A stretch of 64,000 bases of DNA from Marsupella aquatica (GCA_973895155.1 OZ316900.1:98311-162310); one strand, 5' to 3'. Positions 1-12,297 are shown, counted from the stretch's first letter. Program-made: numbers and translations. Notes: generated from the sequence alone by a model not told the origin.

Positions 1-295
1 GGTTTTCCCGTAGAGAGGAAGGCCAGAAGATGAGCGAGGCATCCTTTTTTTATCGTTGCCCCCGGATTCAGCAGTAGTACTGCTGTCACCAATACTGATG
101 TCATTAGTACTACGTTTACCAGTGCTGTCATCATCAGGTTTTTCATGGGGATCTCATCGTCTCCCTCGGTAGCTCCCATCGAAGTGCGATATACTTGGTG
201 CAACTAATAACCTTTGGGAAAGGTATATTAATTATTATTGGTCCAAAAAAGGGAGAATTGCGTAAGGCCCGGAGGGCTGGTGGTAGCTTTGGATT

Positions 296-3200
296 TCACC
301 ACCGAAGCAAGCCAATAGAAGTGAGAAAGCTTGCTAGGACGCTACGCGCCTCGCAAGCATTAAAATTTTTGATTGATCTGGCTTCACATTTGCCAAGAAT
401 GGGCGTTATAGCAAAATAGAAGAAAAAACCCACTGAAGCAATTTGTCCAATAGTAACATATGGTGCTTCCACGGGTTGACATCCAATCCAACCTAAAAGC
501 AAGCGATCTGCTACAAGCAACCGAAACAATTTTTGGTGAATTGGTCGAAAACTTGAACTACGTACATATGAAGTGTTAATGAAAGGTAGAGCCAATAATG
601 ACACAAAAACTAGTCCTATGGCGGCTACACCCCCTAATTTGTTAGGTATACTTCGAGGAATCGCATAGACTGGTAAGAAATACCATCGAGAGTAAGGGAA
701 TGGGGCCATTTCCGTTCCCAACCCTTCTCACAGAACCGTACGTGAACGTTACCGTTCATACGGCTCCCACCCCCAATCTTTTTCGTTGTAGAATCTAATC
801 ATCGAGAGTCACAGGCCTGCCCTCTTCTTGGTTTCGGGTTCAGAACCACAGATACATCTATATCCTGCAGACTGATATCCCCCGCATGCATCGCCTTGTG
901 GTGCTCCCTGCATAGGGAAATTTGTTTCCGGTTAAGCGCCGCGTGAAGAGCTTCTAGCCCACTGATTCGGTCGCTGCTAGAGTTGACTATCGACAGGGTG
1001 CCCGCTCCACTGCGTTTCAGCGCACGGATATGGTGCATTTCGATCTTACTTTCCAGGCAACCTATAACCGAGCATCTATCTGCCGGGTGCCTAGTGGTGC
1101 GTAAGACCATCAGACAAAGGATTCTCTCCGGGTCTTTGATGCTCTTCACCAAGAATTGTTTCCCCATAACCCTCAGTTCAGTAGGTGTAGGGAAATACAA
1201 CCTTGGGCCCTTCGCCGTTTCCACCTGCAGCTCGTGGGTATATTTGTCTATGACTTTACCCACGCCCTTGGCTTTCATCTTGTGTGATAGAGTATGTAGG
1301 CAGGACCATCTGAGCTGATAGTCTACCACCTTTTTGACCTTGTAGAGGTTATCACAACATCGGTAATAACTTAAGAACCCGTGCGCCACACTTCCGTACC
1401 ATTGCGTGATAGTGACATCGTCTTGGGTCGCGAGGACAGGTACGGAGGTTGGTCTTCCCTTAGCGTTAATTATTCCTCTGGCCCTTAACTTGTCTAGTAT
1501 CCGCGAAAGCGGTGCGTATATCTGTATTCGGAACGCCTGGCGTTGGTTCGTGGGGACATCCTCTGCGTTCCTTTCGGGGCCTGGACCCGTTTCTTTCCGC
1601 TCAACCTCGGACTCCGGGTATAAGAGCTCGTGCACCGATACGACGAATTCGTCGAATTCTCTCACCACTCCCTGTCCATCCCGCTCAATAATATTTGTGA
1701 AGATGTCCCCTTCACCCAATTCAGGTGCCCACCGTAACATGGCGTCCCGACGAATCCCCGATGGCCTTTGTACCTCACTCACAATTTCTCGACAAATTTG
1801 TTCTAGCATTTTCCGCACTTCTTGGTCGGGCTTAATAAGTGTAAGGTTTCTACCAGCCTCCTTCGAGGCCTTCTTGAGGGCGCACACTAGTAACTTCTCT
1901 CCGAGCTTCTTAAGCCCCTTCTCCCATCCATTCGAAAGCTCCGACGCGGCCTTTCGGACGCGGCCCCGATATTTCTTTCCGGCCCGAGTCGCTTTGTCTG
2001 ACCTCACGTGCAATTGACTCGGTTTCGGACCCAAGAGACTCATACCCAAGAAGGTTGCCTTCTCTTCCACTACGTGTCTCAGACGGGTTTTCTCTGGGTT
2101 TATCTCCAGGTGGAGAACGTCTTCGAGGAACCGGGAGACTCGTTCCATGACTTCGCGGGCCAAAGCTTTCGACCCCGAAACTGCCATCAGAATTTCGTCG
2201 GCGTATCGGCACGCGTAGACTCGCACGAATTTAGGGTCCTTGGGATCCGCCGCAAAGGGTATACCCTTCCTTCCGACAATTTTAAGCCGTCCCCCCCTCT
2301 CTCGAAGCGAGGCGGCTGCTGGTCTCATCTTCCTTACCGAGTTTTTCGGGATGTGCAGCAGTCGCTCATATACGGGATTGGCTCGACGATGCCTCGGGTA
2401 GCCCTTTTCGAGTTCCTTTCGGATCCTTAGGATCTCCCTGTCAAGTCTGTCGAGGTATAAATTGGTCAGGATAGGAGATATAACGCTCCCCCGGGGAACC
2501 CCCCCCGTCGGGTCTCCCAATTCGACATCCATAATCTTCGCGTTCCACATCTGGTTCAAGGTACTTTCGAGTCTACTATCTTGAATGGTTTCGCTTAATA
2601 TTGACACTAGTATTTTCTTGTTGATAGTGTCGAAGCATTTCCGAATATCGAATTCAAGCCACCACGATGGGTTCTTCCACCGCATTTTGATCTCCCTCAG
2701 GGCTGAGTGAGTACCCTTGTTCCTTCGGAAGCCATGGGATATATCTTGGAACCTTGGTTCGTAGATAATTTCCAGTACCATCCGGAAAGCCTCCTGTATT
2801 ATCTTGTCTCTCGGGTTCGCTATCGTTGGGGGGAACTTTTCAGCTCCATTCGGTTTCGGTCGTTCGGACCTCAAAATTGGCTCAAACTCGTATGTACCCT
2901 CCCTAAGTTTCCGGCCCGTTTCATGAAACCATTTCGGGCTTATGCCGCCGGGCGAAGCCGCTCGACGAAAGAAGAGCGTGTTGCTCCCTGGACTTACGGT
3001 CATATTCCCCGGGTTGGATTTGATGTTGTTATAGGCCGTAAGTAGCACTTCCGGTTTAGATATAATCTCCCTTACCAGATGGCGATATTTGCCATCGATG
3101 AATTGTTTCTCTACAAGTTGGGCCAGATGTGAAAACTCCAAGGGGTTAAGAGGAACGTCAAGATTCGAATTCTTAATCGATCCACCCATCTGTCCATGGA

Positions 3201-6200
3201 TCGGGTTCGCCTCATCTTGGGCCCGTACCTCATAAAGGCCTAAGGCTTTATTCAAGGCTTCGCTTATCAGTTCCGGGGTTCCCCCCGGCCAATCTTGTTT
3301 CGGTCCCAACCAATCCGAAGCACTCGGTGTGGTCCTCCCTAAGCATTTACCAGTCTGCGAACTTGGCGACGCCGTCTCGTTTGGTCCTTCCTCAGAGGGG
3401 CCCTTTCCTCCCCCGGAATTAGGAGTACTCGCGTGAGTCCGGCAAAACGACGTGACCGCCGGCCCGCCCGGGCGAAGGCGGCAGCCCCTTATAGTAAGAA
3501 GGCGGCTTGGGTTTGTATCAGGAACCACAAAGAGCATTTTCCCATCCAAAGAGCTTGCCCTGGGAAGGAGGTCACTCACTCCCCAGTTTCGGTAGGGATT
3601 AGCCTTAACGCCCTCAAGGCACCGATTTCCGTCGGTAGCGGATATTGCTGGGTCCGAACCGCGCTCCGGCACTATATGAGCCGGGGTTGACATGGGATTT
3701 GCGGGATAGAGTCAAGAGTCCACCCTATACGGCCCCAGGTTTACCCCCGTTAACCGATCCGGGCTACTTAAGTGCTCTCCGAACCGTACAAGATAGTCGC
3801 CCATCACACGGCTCTCTAACCTGACTTTCTTCGGAGCTTCTTCAAACCCGGAAGGTCTATTCAACGCATATTCCTTCTCTTTCGAGCGCCTATTACACGG
3901 TCCTTGGAAGATGGCCTGATTGATAGACTGCGTCAAAGTGAAACTTGCCAAACGGTAACCATCCAGTAAGTATATAGGCTCCTTCCCCGCTGCTTGTTAT
4001 CAAGCGCTTTCCTATTGCTAGGTCCCTTTCGGGTAGGCGGGTAATACGGGCCCTCTGACTTCCTAGGGATAAAAGCGACCCCTAGGACCTCACCGTTGTT
4101 TCCCACACGGCTCGCCCGAAAACCTTCGCTTTCGAACGCCCTGTGCTTAAGATGTCGTTTAGACTCCTGTCCCTAGTAGTATAGGTAATCCGCTCCATCT
4201 TGAACTCTATCCTTCCACACGAGAGAGTAAGTAGAGGCCAAACCATTTGTGACCTGGTTGATATATACCATCAATAGGCATGGAGCGAGCAACGTACGTT
4301 CATGCGCTTCACCATTTGCAGAGCTCAGGTGCCAATGGTTAATTGCTGGTTGACAAGGACCGAAAGAGTCTCCGATTCGCCGGTACAGAACCTCATCTTA
4401 AATACAAGAGAACCGGCTTGCTCCATACTTTTGGGTTACCCCCCCCCGGCCGGCGGGGTAGGAGGTAAATGAAACCCCCTCAACAGAGCTTCTTGCACAT
4501 GCTAAGGTCTCCGTGTTCGTTGCCGAACAAGGATGAGTGCAACGCCTTTGCACAGAAATGGACTTGTGCTTTTTATCGTGCGGGATCTAGACCGGTCGCC
4601 CTATATAGTTGTCGGGATGCCCCAATACATTAGGTGCATAAAAAACAAAAATAGAAAAAAAGATTGCAAAAGCTACCCAACCTACTAAATCTTTTACGTA
4701 AATATAGGGATAAAAAGCTATTTTATCTACGGAGGAATTGATACCCAATGGATTGTTGGAACCATATTGATGCAATGCAGCCAGATGAAGAATACTAGCA
4801 CCTGCTATTACAAAAGGAAGTAAGTAATGGAGGCTAAAAAAACGATTTAAGGTCGCATTGTCTACGGAGAAGCCACCCCAAAGCCAAGTTACTATAGTGT
4901 CCCCCACGACAGGTATTGCGCTAGCTAAGCTTGTAATTACCGTGGCCCCCCAAAAGCTCATTTGACCCCAAGGTAGTACGTATCCTATAAAAGCTGTTAT
5001 AATCATTAATAAATACCGATAGGGTTCTTCCCCCCCCCGGTCAGAACCACACGTGCAAGTTTTCCCGCATGTGGCTCGTCCATGATAACTTATTCAGGTT
5101 TTACCGGCCTTCGCGGCCCGTATAAGCAATATCTCCCATCCGGCGGGGCATTCCGCCGTAATTTTAAATCCTGATTCGGGGTATATTTATTAATTAAGTC
5201 CAAATTAAGGCCGCTTAACGGCTTACCAGCTATTACATTCATCCCCCATTCAGGACCCCCGCCGGGACTGTCTGACAGGGTTGGACTTTTTGACGTAGTA
5301 AGCTTTGTTTAACGGCTCCAAAATAGCCATCCAGCGTGGTGTACGGATTGGATTTTTTGGAACCCGCCGGCCGCCCGTAAGCATCTAGGATGGAGCATCA
5401 TGTCTGCTACATTGGGGCTTTAGGCCCCTCCAGGTCCTGTCCGGGTAGGCCGGCCCAGATGGCAAGGGGGCCGTTCCCTCGGATTCTGGAGTTACTAAGC
5501 ATGTCCGGGACATACGCCTCGGAACCCAGATTTCAGTGGCACGTCTCCTGTAAGTCGTCCTTTTCAGACAGGACGTAACCTGCTATACGCCATCCAGGTT
5601 GGGATTGTAGCTGTTGTAGGGAAGGAAGAATTACAAGACATATTTTTTCCTTTCCCTACCTCATAAGGTACCTTTGTTTATTGCCCTTTCAGTTTCTGGA
5701 GTCCATCGCCAATTCCTACGCTCAAACGCAGCCAACCTCGAGGTTTGCTATTAGTTTGTCTCACACGAAACTCGACCGAAATTCCCAGTAAGCCAGCCTC
5801 TACTCCTACTTCGCTTTATCCGATTCCGCCGTGCTCTCCAGGCGCGGCGGGCGCTCACCCCTCACTACATGGAGGAAGGGGGGTGGTCAGTTACTATCAG
5901 AGAGCCTTTCCGTGTGTTTCCGGCATAGCATTTTATCATCTACAGCCCTTTCCCCCGAGCATTATTTCACTCGTCGGGGCTTCGTCGTATGTTCGACATT
6001 AATTGCCCGGTGTCTCTCTCGGAGTACATTTATGGCTGATCTGTCACCCATACATTCTTGGCCAAAGCTTTGTGCTCTTGGACTTGGTTCCTGCTTCTCT
6101 CTAAGCAGGGTCCTTATAGAGTCTTTTTGGGTGATCCCTAGGTTTCACGTTTGTTCGTTTGCTCGCCGTTTAGGACCATGTACGACTTTTCCTGTTAGTT

Positions 6201-6830
6201 ACAGTTACCTCCGGAGGGTTGTTCGCGCGAGAATATTTCATGGACCCTCTCGCCTTCCGGACCCCCGTGGTTGGGAGGGGGGGCTGTGGCTTGACCCTGT
6301 TGCGTACGAAAATAAAATATTTTTTTTGCCATGCGGCGAAACAACGGATAGGCCCCATGCTTTAGTTCCCTGCGGTCTGGTCCCGCCTCGGGTTAGGAGT
6401 CTTATCCGGGCGATCGCTTTCAACCTTCGCATCTTCGAACGAGACTTCCTAGGCGCACTAAAATTACCACTCCAAGGCACCAAACTAATTCTCTAGGACT
6501 CGCATAACTTCCGTAATATAAACCACGAAAAAAATGGAGATAAACGACGATAAAAAACATACTGGCTCCATTAGCATGCATATAACGAAGCAACCAGCCT
6601 CCTTTCACATCTCTCATGATGTGTTCTACGCTTGAGAAAGCTAAATCCACATGAGGTGTATAATGCATAGCTAAGAAAACACCTGTAAGTATTTGGATAA
6701 CCAAACAAAGACCAGCCAACGAACCAAAACCCCACCAATAACTTATATTGCTCGGAGTTGGATAATCTATCAAATGATTGTTGAGTGTAGAAAATATAGG
6801 TTGTTTAAGAATCGAGAGTCGTCTTGCCAT
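296..6830 (-). CDS. cob: Apocytochrome b, 4 exons: 6830-6459, 5012-4602, 3705-3665, 686-296 (1215 nt, 404 aa)
   Basis: Exon translations [11 protein letters not shown]...[45 protein letters not shown]. Exon lengths 372+411+41+391 give an intact frame. Some codons need C-to-U editing. Confidence 0.97.
687..3664 (-). mobile_element. Group II intron cobi824 with RT/maturase/HNH ORF
   Basis: Domain V (GAGCCGTATGAACGGTAACGTTCACGTACGGTTC) at ~735-770. Insertion after cob nt 824. Termini are atypical (see findings). Confidence 0.93.
799..3693 (-). CDS. Intron-encoded reverse transcriptase/maturase with X domain and HNH endonuclease (964 aa, in frame with cob exon 3)
   Basis: RT motifs [52 protein letters not shown]-terminal CSVIGC..EMHHIR..LCREHH. 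Confidence 0.93.
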   Translation of the reverse strand: MSTPAHIVPERGSDPAISATDGNRCLEGVKANPYRNWGVSDLLPRASSLDGKMLFVVPDTNPSRLLTIRGCRLRPGGPAVTSFCRTHASTPNSGGGKGPSEEGPNETASPSSQTGKCLGRTTPSASDWLGPKQDWPGGTPELISEALNKALGLYEVRAQDEANPIHGQMGGSIKNSNLDVPLNPLEFSHLAQLVEKQFIDGKYRHLVREIISKPEVLLTAYNNIKSNPGNMTVSPGSNTLFFRRAASPGGISPKWFHETGRKLREGTYEFEPILRSERPKPNGAEKFPPTIANPRDKIIQEAFRMVLEIIYEPRFQDISHGFRRNKGTHSALREIKMRWKNPSWWLEFDIRKCFDTINKKILVSILSETIQDSRLESTLNQMWNAKIMDVELGDPTGGVPRGSVISPILTNLYLDRLDREILRIRKELEKGYPRHRRANPVYERLLHIPKNSVRKMRPAAASLRERGGRLKIVGRKGIPFAADPKDPKFVRVYACRYADEILMAVSGSKALAREVMERVSRFLEDVLHLEINPEKTRLRHVVEEKATFLGMSLLGPKPSQLHVRSDKATRAGKKYRGRVRKAASELSNGWEKGLKKLGEKLLVCALKKASKEAGRNLTLIKPDQEVRKMLEQICREIVSEVQRPSGIRRDAMLRWAPELGEGDIFTNIIERDGQGVVREFDEFVVSVHELLYPESEVERKETGPGPERNAEDVPTNQRQAFRIQIYAPLSRILDKLRARGIINAKGRPTSVPVLATQDDVTITQWYGSVAHGFLSYYRCCDNLYKVKKVVDYQLRWSCLHTLSHKMKAKGVGKVIDKYTHELQVETAKGPRLYFPTPTELRVMGKQFLVKSIKDPERILCLMVLRTTRHPADRCSVIGCLESKIEMHHIRALKRSGAGTLSIVNSSSDRISGLEALHAALNRKQISLCREHHKAMHAGDISLQDIDVSVVLNPKPRRGQACDSR
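3706..4601 (-). other. Group II intron cobi783 (no ORF)
   Basis: Starts GGGCG, ends CTCTAT. Domain V GAGAGCCGTGTGATGGGCGACTATCTTGTACGGTTC. Confidence 0.93.
5013..6458 (-). other. Group II intron cobi372 (no long ORF)
   Basis: Starts GTGCG, ends GTAT. Domain V-like GAGCCACATGCGGGAAAACTTGCACGTGTGGTTC at ~5045-5080. Confidence 0.93.
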
Positions 6831-7542
6831 AAATTTCGTGCCTTTTTCCTTTTCGCGGATCATGGAAACTTTGTGTTCTTCATGATTGACGTCATACATC
6901 ATGGGCAGGATTGACCCATCGGGGCCTTAGGTTGAAAAAAATAGATATATATTTTTTTTTTCGTTCTATAACGCCAACTTGAGCCAGCATCGACGGAGTC
7001 CATAAAGCAAATAAAGAGAATTCTTTGGCGATGATGTGCATTTCACCTTCTCTTGTCGGACAGTCCCCAGACCTTCGAATCGTAGTCGGAATCAATACAA
7101 AAATCTACGCGGTCTAATTCACAAATCTTTTCTCCTTTACAAGTGTCCATTAGATAATGCAAAACGTTGTTGTTACCCGGTTCTATTATTCGATCAATGC
7201 AATCAGCGCTGCCCTTAACTATATAAGGACTCCTTCAACTCGGTAAAGCGGTGTATCAGGGACAAGTACCTAAGAACCCCCCCCCCCCCCCGATCTATGC
7301 TTCCCATCTCCAGTCCAGTTTGAGCTCCTAGCGAAAGCGTACCTAAGGTTCTAGTAGAAGTGCCATGATCCCCGCCCGGAGTTCCTATGTCACTTCCACA
7401 AAGTCTCTGGGCGTTCCCAAGGGAAAACTAGAGGCCTATGTAACAGATCTCAAGAACGTGGTAAGGGAAGATCCAGGTCCTTAGTATCTTCAAAGGTTAG
7501 AGGTCAAGGCTATCTCCTCCCCTGACCTATAAATTATATATC

Positions 7543-7590
7543 TATATATATATAGATATATATATATATATAGATATATCTAGATATCTA
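7543..7590. repeat. TA-rich microsatellite opening an AT-rich tract (~7520-7930)
   Basis: Interrupted (TA)n runs visible directly. Confidence 0.85.
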
Positions 7591-7927
7591 TTGCAGCTCA
7601 TCGTCTCTCTCGAATAAGAAAAATACTAGCTCATTCTATTTTGGAAGATAGGCGGAGAAAGAATAAACATGAATTTAATAGTCTCTCCTATAAATAATAT
7701 AAAATAATAGAATCTATTTGATTTATGCATTTTCTCCGTTATACACAAATATATAATATGTATATATTTGAATTTCTCTTACTTATTAATCCATTCTATT
7801 TATTCCAATTCAATTGATTAACCAATTATATGGAATTCTTCCATATCCCATATAGATTCCTATTATATATTCCTCTCCCGACCCTTTAATTACATATTAA
7901 TTAAGGGGTATTCCTTTCCGTATTATA

Positions 7928-8100
7928 CTACAGATCCCCAACAGGTTTAGTCATATTAGCTAAATATGCGTCATTTAGCGAAGGTGTCATTAGCGATGAG
8001 GCTTATAGAATATTAATTACATATATTTATCTACAAATCCTAGGGATTTAGCCATATTAGCGAAATTTAGTCATTTAGCAATGCTTCCTTCATGTTAGCG
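7928..8100. repeat. Two ~70-bp degenerate direct repeats (period ~100), each with three (T/C)CATnTTAGC motifs
   Basis: Motifs at 7951, 7971, 7987, 8052, 8071, 8090. Confidence 0.75.
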
Positions 8101-11100
8101 GGGAGATTTCGGGTACTATATCTATCGTAAGCAATTTTATGGCGGGCTGGGATAGCTTGGCTCTTTCTAAATCTGATTGGAAATAACTTCTGTCATTATT
8201 TGTTCGCGGTCGTCCACTAGGTCATTACTTAATTTCTTGCCCGAAACGACGCAGCGTTTGATTAGTAAGGATTTGGGGCCGGGTGGCAGGAGGCAATAGA
8301 GGTCATCATTTTTTTTTTTCACGTAAAGCGAAGTGCTAAATCCATGGGCTGCTATATCCGGCATCCATACGAGAAAGATTCGGATTCTCGCTCCAAACCT
8401 CGCTGAAACGAAGCCCGGTGATTCTTGGCGTAGTTACTGTTACCTATTTATTCTTTTTAATGCCGCATTCCCAAATTCGATAAATTTACGTTTTATATGT
8501 ATATATCGGATTCCCCCTCCGCCAAGCCTCACATAAATCGGATCGTTAGCGCGGAGCCGCGGTCGATTCGTTTTTATTATCCCTTTTTATATATAAAAAT
8601 CCGACAGGAGCTTGAAAAAAAAAATGCAGCGGGTCATTGTATAGCTGTAAAGGATTCGGGAGGACATGAGTACCGGCGGCCAAGGGTAGGGAAACGGATA
8701 TCTACACTGTCGCGCCTGGCCCAAAGGTCGCTTCGGCGTCAATAGCTTTTTCAGCAGGCAGTAAAAGCTCTTGACTTGAATGTTTACTCGATACGGGTGT
8801 CTGCAAGTGCGATACGATGAAGCTCTGCCAGTTTGCTGCCCTAGCGCCGTTACGTGCCGCGCGTGCAATATCCAACTCTGCCCGTGTATTCTCAAGCACA
8901 TTATGATAACTTGTCCCCGCCGTCGTGTGCTTGGGCGGGTTCATTTTAAGCTCCAATGCCACACCATATTCGCCAAATTCTGTTTTCCCCCAGCGCCACC
9001 ATTTTTGACTTCTGAATTTATCCGTTCGCGTCCGCGATCGTCTTAGTGGTTGCAATGCCGCCAACCGCCGTCCCTACAGCCACAACTGTCGCTAGTCTGC
9101 CCGTACCCGTAGCGGCTGGCAATGTTTCCGGGGCATGTTTGGGCGCTGCGTTTGCTAGCCCACAGTTCCTCCCCATGTTACGTTTGGGTATTCGGTTGCC
9201 ATTCAAATCCGAACGATTTTAGGGGGTGCGGTTGGCATCGTTCAACCCGCCTGCGCCCCAAGAATCCTTATAAGCTATATAAAATTGGAGTCGATTATCA
9301 TTCACAATTTTATACCCGAGTCTTATATAGTAAACTGATGCTATATATATAAATAACTCCATCTCGTTCCCCGGGTTCACCAAATAAAGACGTAATGGCA
9401 TATGCTATCAGAGAAACGAGTAGAAATCTACCGTAATAGTTGTCCCGTAACCATTCCTGCAGACGAAGGCAATAATAATATAAATAGTATTGGACGAATC
9501 TAGTTTTGCGAAAGGACAAAAAGGCGGAATCCGTGTTTGTTTACCCAGTGATCTATTAAATATAAAACCATGCTTGCCGTGACCGGGCTATGAAATAGGG
9601 ATGGGCCAGGGGATTAGCTTGGGCGATATAACCGGAATGAGTAACCGGATAAGAAGGTACAAATTCATATAGTAAACTCCCTCTTTTGGCTTTCATTTAA
9701 AACTAAAATATAAACTTTTGTCGAGATTACTGAAAATTGACTTAAAGTGCTGGAGGGCTTGTAACCCTGATTCATTCAGGGGCAGCCTCCTCCAGCTGGC
9801 TACATGCCTTAGGCCGGCTAGGGCTACAAACAGCAGGCCTAAGGCCCAAGGCCGAAGCCGAAGGCCGGCATTTCGGGGGGTAACTCGTCGAGTCGGCCAG
9901 GGAACCCAGCCGAATCAGTATTTCCGAAGGACTTTCCCGGCCATTTCGAATGCCCCCCCCCCCTGGCCCCAAGCCCAACATATTACCCATTAGTCACCTT
10001 TGGCTGGTTCATGCCTCGGGCCGACGGGGCCATTACAAAAGAATCGAACAGGGTAGTAAGAATCGTGGAAAAAACAGAATGCATAGTCTACTTCACCAAA
10101 TTAGGTAAAAAGCCAACACCCCAATCCCGTTTTTTTTTTGCGAGTTTTCCCCTACAAAATTACTAATATTTTAGAAATCTTTCCATAAATATGAGCAATT
10201 TCCAATTAGTGAGCCATGTTTTTTGAGTCTCAGAGCCCCACTCCGGCCCTAGTTCCTTGGGAATATCTCCGACCGATGACACCTCAAAAAATATCCTATC
10301 CAAAAGTCCTGATGTTTTCGCAGGATCTCCGTAAATCGACAAGCTTTTTTCTATATATCCGCTTTCTATTCCGAAAGCCGTGAGCCGGCAGCGCCACCAA
10401 TTTGACGAAATTGATGAAACCTCTTTTCCAGATTTTTGATCAACCAGGATTTATGTGGAATTGGCAGTATCAACCAAGTGGTTCCAGAGAAAAAACAAGA
10501 GCTCCTTCCATCATGGTAATCCGCTATTAGTTTATAAATCTTTTCCTTGGCATAAGTAGAATTAGGATCTTCATTCATAAGTAACATTACGCGATAGAAA
10601 ACTCAATTAAATTCTGGTATTCTTGCCTCGTAGTTTGCTTTCTCGAACGACTCGTTCACGCTGTTTATAATATACTAATGCGATTAAAGGCTGGTTACGG
10701 GCGCAACCAAACGAAATAAACACTCTTTATTTCTATATTTAAGTTTTTCATCTTGGCCCGGAATGCACTGTTCTTGCCTATGTTTTTCGGAAAGCACGTC
10801 AGGCCAGCGTGTCTTCTTCCAGGAGCGTAATAACGATCCGGCTTGAGATGCTGACAAGATCCATTGAGCTGACACGGCCTGCTTCTCACGGCGTCCCTCA
10901 AAGATTCATGCTATCTCACAATGAAATATGCGCTTAAAACCCATTTTTGGGTGGTTGAGATTAAGGATAACCCGTAATATAGGAGTAGAACTGTGATAAT
11001 TTTTCAAACAAATGATTCCCCATTTCGAGTCCCACCAATCCAGTGCCCGTTGCAGTCAGGGTGTTTTATATTCGGCCACAATCACCTGGATTCTTTCGAC

Positions 11101-12034
11101 AAAGACCGATCCGAAAATTTGCGAACTTGGAGCAAATAGAAGTAAAAAATTACAAGTGACCAAAAATTAACCTAAGAAAATATAGGAGGCTGTCATGATA
11201 TCGATGGTTTCTGGATGCTCCGAAATTTGCGACAAAAATTGAACGGAATTCCCGATTTCCTCATATGGAGAGGGAATCATGTAGGGACAGTAGCATCATT
11301 AGTCGGTCTAGCCCGTCTTTGTAGTATTGCCAGATATTCCTCACGTCGGGACGCTATTTATTAGAGCCATAGTCTCGTCATGATGGTTTTGTAATGGCTG
11401 ATTATCGCTATTAATTCGGGCCATTTCCAAGCGTCTCGGGCTTGCTGGTGTTGCCCCTCCGGTTCATAGTTGCTAACCCCTTCCCTAGAGCAAGACCAGT
11501 CCATGCGACTGACTAATGATCTTCCTGCAGTAGGTACATTCCGAGTACGGGCTCGCAGTGCATGGCAGTCCGAACCAAATTACAATCGAGAAGAAGGCGG
11601 CGCCGTGTAGGGTCGTATTAAACACGTCGGTTAGTCGCTCTATAGATACCAGTAAAGCTGACCAACTAATATTTCCATTTCAACTATTGTTTTGGGCCTC
11701 GTACGTACCCTGTTATCGTCAGCCCCCCGGTCTAAGCCAGGAGCCAGTTATAAAGGGGTACCGCCCCTCCCCCCTCCGTTGGGTTGTGGTACATCCCGGA
11801 CAGGAGCTAAAGCGGATTCAGAATGAGCGCGTTTACGCTCAGATTCAGTCAACTCGCTACTTTCAGCAGAAGACTACTTTCCGCCGCGTCCTGCATACAG
11901 TGTGCGAGCCGTAGTGAGAGGCGCATATAAACCACTAATCAAACATCGAATAATTGGGAAAATCCAAGCAAGTAGGATTGCGTATAGAAAACTCAGCAGT
12001 AGTATTTACCCAATTCAAATTAATTAGGAAGGAA

Positions 12035-12297
12035 TGGAATTACTTGATCTGGCTTCTAATTTTTCGACAGGCATGGGCGTAATAACAAAAGAAAATAAAA
12101 AACCAACTGAGGCTATTCGTCTAATAGTAACACGATGAGGGAGAGTAGCACCTACAAGAGAGAGTAATAAATAAGGGCTAAATCGAGTTAATCTCGAAAG
12201 GATATGTGGCATAATAGGTTCCTTGTTTGCTTCTTAGTCTAATTCATGGAATACCCGAAAGATATGATCATCCAAATAAAAAGCTTCTACGATAATC
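12035..12297 (-). pseudogene. Chimeric pseudogene: cox2 3' end plus UTR (~12297-12217) followed by a cob exon 4 fragment (~12140-12035)
   Basis: ATCGTAGAAGCTTTTTATTTGGATGAT...TTAGACTAAGAAGCAAAC aligns to the cox2 end. IASVGFLFSFVITP..EARS aligns to cob [18 protein letters not shown]. Confidence 0.8.

Noticed and set aside
983-3690. Plus-strand ORFs of 85-203 aa opposite the cob maturase
   Set aside because: Antisense shadows of a long GC-rich ORF, with no recognisable motifs.
7928-8100. CRISPR-like array
   Set aside because: The repeats are too short and degenerate, there are no cas genes, and the context is organellar.
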